Assembly (NCBI GenBank): GCA_964636085.1 | Contig: CAZWPQ010000016.1 | Coordinates: 1-26,614, forward strand | Direction of reading: 5' to 3' | DNA: 26,614 nt | Source of the DNA: an uncultured Nitrososphaerota archaeon | Lineage (GTDB): Archaea > Asgardarchaeota > Njordarchaeia > Njordarchaeales > Panguiarchaeaceae | Part shown: positions 10,285 to 18,128 of the stretch, piece after piece | Layout of the letters: each line of letters begins with the position of its first letter | How positions within the stretch are numbered: the first letter of the stretch is position 1 | Notes under the pieces: model-generated | Database searches by the model: none | What the model was told of the DNA's origin: nothing | The model's input: the letters and a program-made list of their open reading frames with translations, nothing else | Made by a program: the position numbers and the translations under genes

Positions 10285-11418
10285 ATGGAATTTGATCCAA
10301 TTCTCCTAGCGAAACGTCACCTAGAGTTAATAGACCAGTATAGGGAAACACTCAATGCAAAATCCAAAAGACGCGCTGAGAAAGATTCCCATAGATTCAG
10401 AATCCCACGACACTGCGGACTAACCGTACATTTTGCCCGCGGGGGATGTCCGTATCAGTGCTCTTATTGCTATATTTATGATATGGATCTGGGAAAAAAT
10501 ATCGAACCATACCCACTCTCTCCCAGAGAGCTTGTTTATGCTATTTTACTTAACAGAAATTTTATCTCTGGCAGATTTGGTACTCTACTAGCTATCGGAT
10601 CCATAACGGAGCCCCTCATTTTTGAGAAACACGCACTTGAATACTTCTACGAATTAGCAAACCTCGGAAACCCTATCCAATTCTCAACCAAGAAATTTAT
10701 CACAAGTTCTTTTGCTTTAGAACTTTCAAGAGTCCCTACCCCCGTTTCCCCTCTTGTATCGATTATAACCTTTGAGCTCAGCGATATCCTTGAACCTTAT
10801 GCACCTAAACCAGATTTGAGGTTGGAATCCATTAGGAATCTTAGCAATGCAGGATTAAACGCTTGTCTCTTTCTCAGACCCATAATTGTTGGAATTAATT
10901 ATCGTGAAGCATATAAAATCATGGATGTTGCTAGAGAATATGGTGCTAGGTGCGTTGTCTTCGGCTCATTCAGAATAACATATCGTATATACAAAACACT
11001 TAAAGATCTCGGATTGGATATGAGTAAAGTCGAGGCGAGAGCGAATATAAAACTTATTAAAAAATTCCCTAAGAGACAGTATCCAGTATCACTTTCACGG
11101 CGTGAGAAGGACAGACTAATAGCATATGCAAGGAAGATTGGGCTTATTCCTTTCAAGTCTGCATGTTGTGCAAACTCATTCAACGCTGGTGTTGTATGTC
11201 CATCCATATGTTTTGAGACATCATTCTGTACTAATTGTCCTAATAACTGTAGAACACAGACAAGACCCAGTATTAATTCCTTGACCGAGGCACTTAGATT
11301 ACTTAATATTCATATAAGGCTACATTTACACAATGAAAAGATCTTCATCGATAAAAAAAATTATCTAAAGTTGGTGCAGACTCTGTCTAGAAGGATTACC
11401 CTGCCTCGTAGGCCTTAA
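10285..11418 (+). CDS. Radical SAM protein (SPL/photolyase-like archaeal group) with Cys-rich C-terminus
   Basis: CPYQCSYC (CxxxCxxC), GSITEP, QFSTK, LEPYAP..RL, FLRPII. C-terminal CC..CxxxC..CxxCxxxC. Confidence 0.9.
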   Translation: MEFDPILLAKRHLELIDQYRETLNAKSKRRAEKDSHRFRIPRHCGLTVHFARGGCPYQCSYCYIYDMDLGKNIEPYPLSPRELVYAILLNRNFISGRFGTLLAIGSITEPLIFEKHALEYFYELANLGNPIQFSTKKFITSSFALELSRVPTPVSPLVSIITFELSDILEPYAPKPDLRLESIRNLSNAGLNACLFLRPIIVGINYREAYKIMDVAREYGARCVVFGSFRITYRIYKTLKDLGLDMSKVEARANIKLIKKFPKRQYPVSLSRREKDRLIAYARKIGLIPFKSACCANSFNAGVVCPSICFETSFCTNCPNNCRTQTRPSINSLTEALRLLNIHIRLHLHNEKIFIDKKNYLKLVQTLSRRITLPRRP

Positions 11419-13129
11419 ATAATGCCTTCTTAATTAGATCCAACAAGTCTTCTCTCGTTCCAACTAGGCCAGCTTCTATGGGTACTTGTAGTGCTTTTAC
11501 TTCATCTGGAACATTCTCATCACACCATATAACAAAGTCTACTTTACTTACTATACGAATCAAATTCAGTGCTGACTTTATTATGTCTTGCGTGAACGCA
11601 CCAATAATTAAGAAGCCTTTTGTTTTTTCCTTTATTTCTCTTTGAAGAGATCTAGGTATACCCTTAACAGCTCCTTGGATTGTTAAATTATACTTAGTAG
11701 ACCCAATACTTATGGGCACAATCCACCTAAATGGTTTCGATTTATCCTTGTACGGAGCTAGAATCTCCGTCAGTTTTCTCAGATCGCCAAGAGCTGTCAT
11801 ATATACATCTACCTCTTTTATTTCCTCAACCTTCGGTACTTCTGGTGGCACTAACTCTACCTCCTCTGGTTTAGGTAACTCGGGAATAGCCTCGGGGGGC
11901 GCTGGTATCTGGGGAATTTCCTTTACGCCCACTTTAACCTCCATCGTTTCTTCTGGCTTTGCTATTGAAGGAATTTTTGCCTCTTTGGGGGTCGGGGGAA
12001 CCTCTGGAATTGGGACTGAAGGCGGAGGCATAATCTTTTCTGGTGCTTTTTCTTCCTTAGGAGGTTTCGGAGCCTCTATTTTGGGTCTTGGAGGTGGAGG
12101 TGGAGGCACCCTAGCAGCTTTTTCCTCCACTCTTACCAAGTATTTCTTCAGCACGACTTCGTCTAGTTTAAGGCCAATAAAACTAAGGGCATTCTTAAAA
12201 GTATCGATCATTTCACTTGGAAACCTTGCCCCAACGAAAGCTGAGGGCGGTCCAGATACTACGGATGGTCTTTTCGATATACCCTCAATAGCCTTATTTA
12301 GACTATCCACCGTACCAGCTAGCTTATCTAAAATATCCCTAATCTCTTTAACCTCAGAATCTAATGCAGTAATCTTATCCGATAACTTAGACAATGATCC
12401 AGAAAGATCCCCAATCTGCTCAAGTTTTTCACTAATTATATCACTTATTATCTTCTCTATAGCCTCCTTATCCAAGGCAAAAGATACAGGAGATTGTACT
12501 GCTATAGGTTTCGCTGTTGTGGGAGGCGCTTCAGGAGGGGCAGCTATCTGGGAAGATGGAGGTGTAGGTGCAGGTTGAGGTGTAGGTTGTGGGGGGGTTA
12601 TCTGCTCAGGCGCTGGCTGTGGGGCTGGTGCAGGGGCTGGTGTAGGCGCGGGCGCGGGCTGAGGGGCAGGTTGAGGAGGAGCCATTGTTGGTAGTGTGCC
12701 TCCTTTTATTCTTATTATGTCCTCGACATCCTTTATTAGTTTATTTAAATGCATTGATTGAGGAGCCTGAGAGGCTATCTGATTTAGGGCCTCCAAAACT
12801 CTTTCGGTTGGTGCATCATACGCAACCGATTTTATGTCTTCTCTTACCCTATATTTCGTAATCGCCATGTTGAATGCTTTAATGGCGACTTCTTTGAATT
12901 TTGGATCGCTTAACATTTGTATACATTGCTCATATGCCTGCTGAAAATTGTCTGGTAGCTGGACCTTTACTTGCCTCATTATTTGTTTGGCCAATAATTC
13001 TGTTCTCTCTGCGAATCCCCATGCTATTATCCATGCCATCAGTATGTCGGCAGGGTTTCTATCCATCCTGCTAAGTTCCTGCAGTATTATATGAGAATAT
13101 TTACCTATATTCTCTGGCAAAGCTAACAC
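11396..13129 (-). CDS. Proline-rich, coiled-coil multi-domain protein (577 aa)
   Basis: Order: helical N-domain, PQPAP/PAPAP linker, heptad coiled coil, second Pro/Glu-rich linker, globular alpha/beta C-domain. Start is GTG 13129 or TTG 13120 (AGGTG SD). Confidence 0.85.
   Translation of the reverse strand: MLALPENIGKYSHIILQELSRMDRNPADILMAWIIAWGFAERTELLAKQIMRQVKVQLPDNFQQAYEQCIQMLSDPKFKEVAIKAFNMAITKYRVREDIKSVAYDAPTERVLEALNQIASQAPQSMHLNKLIKDVEDIIRIKGGTLPTMAPPQPAPQPAPAPTPAPAPAPQPAPEQITPPQPTPQPAPTPPSSQIAAPPEAPPTTAKPIAVQSPVSFALDKEAIEKIISDIISEKLEQIGDLSGSLSKLSDKITALDSEVKEIRDILDKLAGTVDSLNKAIEGISKRPSVVSGPPSAFVGARFPSEMIDTFKNALSFIGLKLDEVVLKKYLVRVEEKAARVPPPPPPRPKIEAPKPPKEEKAPEKIMPPPSVPIPEVPPTPKEAKIPSIAKPEETMEVKVGVKEIPQIPAPPEAIPELPKPEEVELVPPEVPKVEEIKEVDVYMTALGDLRKLTEILAPYKDKSKPFRWIVPISIGSTKYNLTIQGAVKGIPRSLQREIKEKTKGFLIIGAFTQDIIKSALNLIRIVSKVDFVIWCDENVPDEVKALQVPIEAGLVGTREDLLDLIKKALFKAYEAG
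12520..12685 (-). repeat. Low-complexity coding repeat (PQPAP/PAPAP/PTPQP)
   Basis: Locally GC-rich imperfect repeats encoding MAPPQPAPQPAPAPTPAPAPAPQPAPEQITPPQPTPQPAPTPP. Confidence 0.85.
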
Positions 13130-13159
13130 CTTGTACTTTTAGTGGACTTGAGTCTAAAT

Positions 13160-13230
13160 CAATTTAATAATACATGAAAATAATATATAAAAGTAGTTTA
13201 TCACAACCCTACGATCATATAGAGGTGTAT
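13160..13230. promoter_or_regulatory. Putative divergent promoter region with TATA-like box and SD
   Basis: AT-rich intergenic region between divergent genes, with GAAAATAATATATAAAAG (BRE/TATA-like) and GAGGTG about 10 nt before the TTG at 13238. Confidence 0.5.
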
Positions 13231-13237
13231 TCATTAA

Positions 13238-13636
13238 TTGAGTAGGGGGGAGCTAGACCTAATAGAATTCCTTATAGAGCACAATGCAACCAGCCCTAGC
13301 AGGGGGATTCATATAACCTCTATTCCTCCCCCCTTAGCGAAGTATCTCGACGATTTAGTAGGGTTGGGAATTATAGTCTTGAGGGGAGATATGCTTTACG
13401 TGGATTTAGATAGTCTTTCAAAGGTATACCCACGTATATTGTTCTTACGGTATAGAAGAAGCATCATTGCGAGGACATGTATGATTACTATATTTACATT
13501 CGTCCTTTGTTTTCTTATTTTGTCAAGGATATTAATGCTTAATCATAATTTGGCTCTAGGTATCAGTGCCTTCATTACACTGCTACCGCTATGTTTGTTT
13601 TTATTTAAAGTGTATACAATTTTCTCTACTGGCTAA
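13238..13636 (+). CDS. Small membrane protein: possible winged-helix-like N-domain plus 2 C-terminal TM helices
   Basis: LIEFLIEH...LDDLVGLGIIVLRGDMLYV resembles a wHTH recognition helix and wing. Two hydrophobic segments at the C-terminus. GAGGTG SD. Confidence 0.65.
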   Translation: MSRGELDLIEFLIEHNATSPSRGIHITSIPPPLAKYLDDLVGLGIIVLRGDMLYVDLDSLSKVYPRILFLRYRRSIIARTCMITIFTFVLCFLILSRILMLNHNLALGISAFITLLPLCLFLFKVYTIFSTG

Positions 13637-13680
13637 CCTTATACGTTATCACGCAACCATATTTGGTTAGGGAGCGTAGA

Positions 13681-14334
13681 ATGGCTAAGGAAATACCAAT
13701 CAAATGCCCAAAATGTGGGGTTAGGGATGTTATTTTTATTACTGATGAGGATCTAGAGACCATCCGAAAATGTGGGATTGCTCGCGTCGGCTTTATTCAT
13801 AGGGATCATATATTGCTCATAGATATCGACCAAAATTGCTTTGTGAGAGGCGGCTATATAATGCCTTTTATGTCCATGGAGTCAGGGGTGAAACTTTTCT
13901 TTCAAGATTATAAAGTTCTAACCAACGCTATTGTTGGGATAAATCTGGAGTTCATTGTATTGGATCTCTCTAAGAGGGTCATAGATGCTAGGCCATGCCC
14001 ATCATGCATTACCAATCTTTATAATATATTGTTAAAAATATCCGAGTTTATTAGAATCTACGGTGGGGGGCCTCGTGGAGTCCCAAAATTCGTTGGAATA
14101 AAAGGCCAAAAATACTCTGTGTTCAATCGAGATCATATCTTCATCTTCTCCCCCGATAAGCCCTCCGAGCCTAAACATAAGTCTAAATGGCTTTATGTTC
14201 TCTGCAATACTGTATACATCAGAAAAATCCCGGACGATGCGGAGCTTAGCAATATAGTATCATATATTGAGGAAAACATTAGCCATGAACCAAGTGATGC
14301 TGACTGTGTCAAACTGCGGAATTATGTGTTATAG
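13681..14334 (+). CDS. Hypothetical protein with N-terminal Zn-ribbon-like domain
   Basis: ATG 13681 follows GGGAG. IKCPKCG ... HRDH ... IDID..FVRG gives a CxxC + HxxH ligand set, with a second CPSC. Confidence 0.7.
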   Translation: MAKEIPIKCPKCGVRDVIFITDEDLETIRKCGIARVGFIHRDHILLIDIDQNCFVRGGYIMPFMSMESGVKLFFQDYKVLTNAIVGINLEFIVLDLSKRVIDARPCPSCITNLYNILLKISEFIRIYGGGPRGVPKFVGIKGQKYSVFNRDHIFIFSPDKPSEPKHKSKWLYVLCNTVYIRKIPDDAELSNIVSYIEENISHEPSDADCVKLRNYVL

Positions 14335-14344
14335 ACCAATAGAT

Positions 14345-15088
14345 CTATGATAGCTTGCTCCAGTCTATTTTTATGTCAAGATATGCAAACACATGTATAA
14401 TTTTTCGCTTTCGGTTCAGGTACAGGTAGAATGGTAGTGTAAATATTATGTCGAATATGGAAAAAAGGTTCACTATAAATAGTAGTAACAAAACCTTCTT
14501 GGGAACTCCATATATCTTGTTCACAATCTCAGCCAATTTAAATATATGGTATGAAAATGCTATTGCGGAAGCCGAAAAACATAGTCTGCACATTCTCTCC
14601 GCAAAAAAGATGGATCTAGTAGTCAACACTATTGTCTCTGAATCACCCGTGCTGAATGCATAAAATAACCCGGCCCAAAAAAGTGCTGAGAGACAACAGG
14701 AAACAAACGAAAAAAAGAGTAGTAGTCTTGCCGAGTCTATCGTCATGGAGTATTGTATCTTTAGTGCCCCATGCAATACAGTTATTAATGTCCAGCTAGA
14801 TAATGCCAGAAGTATTAGACCTATAGAATATAATAGCGGAGAAACCTTTACCGCAGAAGGTAATTTGCTGAGTTCTTCCTGTATCCCAGTCACATCACCA
14901 GCTTCAGCTAGGGTTATTAGCCTATTAATGTATGGCATTATTATTAGCCATTTAACACAGATCAAAACTATGAAGGATAGTACTAAGAACAGCGCTACAT
15001 GTTTGAGCCTTTCTGAATATCTTTTCAAAAATTTTAGGCGCACTTCAATAACTTTTTTTGCTAACCCAATCTCCTTCAATTCTAACAC
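14345..15088 (-). CDS. Integral membrane protein (about 5 TM)
   Basis: Multiple hydrophobic ~20-aa segments. Start overlaps the upstream stop by 7 nt. Confidence 0.75.
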   Translation of the reverse strand: MLELKEIGLAKKVIEVRLKFLKRYSERLKHVALFLVLSFIVLICVKWLIIMPYINRLITLAEAGDVTGIQEELSKLPSAVKVSPLLYSIGLILLALSSWTLITVLHGALKIQYSMTIDSARLLLFFSFVSCCLSALFWAGLFYAFSTGDSETIVLTTRSIFFAERMCRLCFSASAIAFSYHIFKLAEIVNKIYGVPKKVLLLLFIVNLFSIFDIIFTLPFYLYLNRKRKIIHVFAYLDIKIDWSKLS

Positions 15089-15711
15089 TCATCAATATAA
15101 CTCTTGGTTATTTCCACTATATTGAACCTTTTATGTAGCTCTGTATAACTGAAACTCTTGTCTTTTTTGAGAGCAGGTTCATACACTATATCCTCAGTTG
15201 TATCGACAATTATAGGCCAATATATCGTCTCCTCAGAGACGTATCCACTATAGGCAGTTATTCCCGCGGCATCTATAAGAGCAAATATCGGGAAGTATCT
15301 CTCCGAGAGCTTGAGCTTTTTGGATTCAGGGAACTGTGCTGGAATAAACAATTGTAGCATTGACCTCTTAGGGATCTTCGTTACTGTGTCGCCCGCCTCC
15401 CATATTATCTTAAGTGCCTTTGCCCTGAGTTCTTGAATTTCACGGAATATCGTTTTTCCGTCGACTAGTAGTGGTAGTTTATGTCCATAGGTTATGTCTC
15501 CCTCCTCTACTTTAAAATGTTTAGGGTTTCGCATCAACCATACATATATCTCAGTATCGCCAATTTTTGGCGGAAAAAATCCGTCAAAGCACATCTCTTT
15601 TTTCTTGTCATCGGTTATGTATGTTATTTTGACATAAGGCACCCACAACACTATAATATCTTCCACATCTTTAAAGCGGGATAACTCAATTTTTGATACG
15701 GCATATTTCAC
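15082..15711 (-). CDS. Hypothetical protein (209 aa)
   Basis: ORF tightly packed between adk and the membrane gene, same strand. Confidence 0.7.
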   Translation of the reverse strand: MKYAVSKIELSRFKDVEDIIVLWVPYVKITYITDDKKKEMCFDGFFPPKIGDTEIYVWLMRNPKHFKVEEGDITYGHKLPLLVDGKTIFREIQELRAKALKIIWEAGDTVTKIPKRSMLQLFIPAQFPESKKLKLSERYFPIFALIDAAGITAYSGYVSEETIYWPIIVDTTEDIVYEPALKKDKSFSYTELHKRFNIVEITKSYIDEC

Positions 15712-15730
15712 ATCAAAAACCCTATTATCT

Positions 15731-16306
15731 TTAATCTAAAAATCCCATATTCTTCAAAATATGTACTATATCTTTATGTACATCCTCGATCGTCTGTTCA
15801 CCGTTCACCTCCACCAGCAATTTTTTAGATTTATAGTACTCGATTATAGGCCTTGTCTTTATTTTGTATTCATCAAATCTTCTAGCTATCGTTTGTGGTT
15901 GATCATCATGGCGCCCCCTCGCCAACAGTCTCTTAACCGCTTCATCCTTTGAAACCCTAAGGTAAATCACTAAATCCACTTTTTTCCCGATCTTATCCAA
16001 GATCTCGTCTAGTTTTTGGGCCTGTTCTAATGTTCTGGGAAATCCATCCAAGATGAGGTTACCACCACGCACTCTATCTATCTCTTGCTCCACAACTCTT
16101 ATGGTTATATTATCGGGGACAAGTTCTCCTTTCTCGAGATATTCCCTTATCATCTTGCCTAGCTCTGTATTATTATTCATGTGCCACCTAAAAATGTCCC
16201 CAGTCGCAATATATCTAAACCCGTACCTCTCAACCAACAATTTTGCCTGAGTACCTTTCCCCGAGCCAGGTGGACCTAAGAATATTATGACGACCATATG
16301 TATCAT
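15731..16306 (-). CDS. adk: Adenylate kinase, bacterial/eukaryotic type with short LID
   Basis: GPPGSGKGTQA, IATGDIFR, GELVPD, ILDGFPRTLEQA, RLLARGRHDD (no Zn-LID). Confidence 0.95.
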   Translation of the reverse strand: MIHMVVIIFLGPPGSGKGTQAKLLVERYGFRYIATGDIFRWHMNNNTELGKMIREYLEKGELVPDNITIRVVEQEIDRVRGGNLILDGFPRTLEQAQKLDEILDKIGKKVDLVIYLRVSKDEAVKRLLARGRHDDQPQTIARRFDEYKIKTRPIIEYYKSKKLLVEVNGEQTIEDVHKDIVHILKNMGFLD

Positions 16307-16449
16307 CCAGAAACAATAGAATAAGTTTATTTTAAATTACTATACACTTACTCGACTTGCTGGGAGATTCTTCACACCAATTCTAGTCTCGATATCATTA
16401 TATGCAATTTTTTTCATCAAGAATTGATATTATTTGATGGTGAGTTTAG

Positions 16450-18003
16450 ATGTCATATAAGGAAATAGATCCCTTAAAGGTGTCCCAGCAAATCGAAGCA
16501 ATTGCGAAGGAAGCATATAATCAACTTCGGCCCTTCTTCGAGCCTAAATCCGTTGCTATCGTAGGGGCTTCCCGCGATCCTTGGAGCGTCGGATGGGTCA
16601 TCTTTAAAAATTTTGTGGAGAATGCAGAAAAGGGAAAACTAAAAGCTAAAGTGTATGGGGTTAATATAAAAGGAGGCGAACTGTTTGGTAGAAGTCTTTA
16701 TAAATCTGTTATGGACATACCAGAAGATGTAGAACATGCCGTCATTGTCGTTCCTGCCAAATATGTCCCTAGCGTAGTAGATGAGTGCGGTAAAAAAGGA
16801 GTTAAAGTATTAACAATAATCTCTGCAGGCTTCTCGGAGATCGGTAATGTGGATTTAGAAAATGAAGTTGTTAACACTGCCAAGAAGTACGGAATGCGGA
16901 TCATCGGCCCAAATGGCCTTGGTGTTTTCGACAATTATAGCGGCGTGGATACACAATTTGTCCCCGAACTTAAGGATTACGGTGGCAACATGCTATTGGC
17001 GACACCACGGCCTAAACCAGGGAATATATTATTTGGAAGCCAATCAGGTGCCCTAGGAATAGCAATACTCGATGCGCTATATGGTGCAAATATTGGCATA
17101 GCAAAATTCATTAGCTATGGAAATAAGGTGGATGTAGACGAGACAGATATGCTTCTATGGGCATACAAGGATCCAAAGATTGATGTAATAATGCTTTATA
17201 TAGAGGGAATTAAACATGCTGGTCGCCATTTTGTAGAAATTGGAAAAGAAGTAAGCAAGAGGAAACCCATAGTCGTTCTAAAAGGCGGTAGAACCGAGGC
17301 GGGAGCAAGAGCAGCGGCTTCTCACACCGGTTCCTTGGCGGGGGATTATCGTATGTATGAAGCAGCATTTAAGAAAATGGGTGCCATAGTATGTGAGACA
17401 TTGGACGAGTTTATAGATACTGTTAAGGCCTTCTCCATGCAACCACCCGCCAGAGGATACCGACTAACAATCATAACCGATGGAGGCGGGGCAGGCCTCT
17501 TGGCGACAGATGCTGCAGAAAGATATGGATTAGAGGTGAATCCTCCCAGCGATTCCCTTATGGATAGACTCAAAAAAGGGATAGAGGAGGAAAAACTTGT
17601 TCCATTTTCGACTTTCAGTAATCCCATAGATGTAACAGGTTCCGCTACTGACGATAGCTTTGTCTATACCCTTGACGCGGTTCTAAAAGATGATGCCACT
17701 GATTGCATCATGATTATAGGTCTTCATCATGTACCTGGCGTTACTGATAAGCTTCCAGATAAATTACTAGAAACGATCAAATCATCTAGGTTATATAAAC
17801 CAGTAGTTTTCTGTGATGTAGGCGGGGCAGAGTATGCGATTAAATTTAGAGACAAGTTCGAGAGAGCAGGCATTCCTGCGTATCCAACCCCTGAGAGAGC
17901 TGCTGCTGTACTTAAAAAACTCGCGGATTATGGAGTGTGGCTCCAACAGCATGGTGTATTTGACGATTTTCTTAATATGTGGATATCTAAACATCAGTCA
18001 TAA
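16450..18003 (+). CDS. acdA: ADP-forming acetate/acyl-CoA synthetase, alpha subunit
   Basis: FFEPKSVAIVGAS, IISAGFSE, RIIGPNGLG, SQSGALG, SYGNKVDV, phospho-His motif AASHTGSLAG, NPIDVTG, YPTPERAA. GGTGAG SD. Confidence 0.93.
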   Translation: MSYKEIDPLKVSQQIEAIAKEAYNQLRPFFEPKSVAIVGASRDPWSVGWVIFKNFVENAEKGKLKAKVYGVNIKGGELFGRSLYKSVMDIPEDVEHAVIVVPAKYVPSVVDECGKKGVKVLTIISAGFSEIGNVDLENEVVNTAKKYGMRIIGPNGLGVFDNYSGVDTQFVPELKDYGGNMLLATPRPKPGNILFGSQSGALGIAILDALYGANIGIAKFISYGNKVDVDETDMLLWAYKDPKIDVIMLYIEGIKHAGRHFVEIGKEVSKRKPIVVLKGGRTEAGARAAASHTGSLAGDYRMYEAAFKKMGAIVCETLDEFIDTVKAFSMQPPARGYRLTIITDGGGAGLLATDAAERYGLEVNPPSDSLMDRLKKGIEEEKLVPFSTFSNPIDVTGSATDDSFVYTLDAVLKDDATDCIMIIGLHHVPGVTDKLPDKLLETIKSSRLYKPVVFCDVGGAEYAIKFRDKFERAGIPAYPTPERAAAVLKKLADYGVWLQQHGVFDDFLNMWISKHQS

Positions 18004-18010
18004 TTAACTA

Positions 18011-18020
18011 TTTTTTTATT
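18011..18020 (+). terminator. Putative archaeal oligo-T terminator after acdA
   Basis: T7 run starting 8 nt downstream of the acdA stop. Confidence 0.45.
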
Positions 18021-18080
18021 GTATGTGAAAGCTTTAGTAATTATTTCCTCTGCTACTGAGGTTCCCATTAGGGATATTGA

Positions 18081-18088
18081 TTTATAAA
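18081..18088 (+). promoter_or_regulatory. Putative TATA box for the ATP-grasp operon
   Basis: TTTATAAA about 40 nt upstream of ATG 18129. Confidence 0.5.
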
Positions 18089-18128
18089 TATATCTTGTAT
18101 CATAAGTTTTGATTATGAGTTTGATAAT

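Noticed and set aside
10148-10351. Hydrophobic N-terminal 'TM/signal' extension of the 360-aa ORF
   Set aside because: It overlaps the divergent radical SAM start and the AT-rich promoter region, so it is probably an artefact of taking the longest ORF. It cannot be fully excluded.
11712-12578. 288-aa Gly-rich ORF on the + strand
   Set aside because: It is the antisense mirror of the Pro-rich gene (CCN codons read as GG-rich codons), with no independent motifs.
12520-12685. GC-rich repetitive stretch as possible CRISPR or foreign DNA
   Set aside because: Fully explained by Pro/Ala codons within a coding linker, with no repeat-spacer periodicity.
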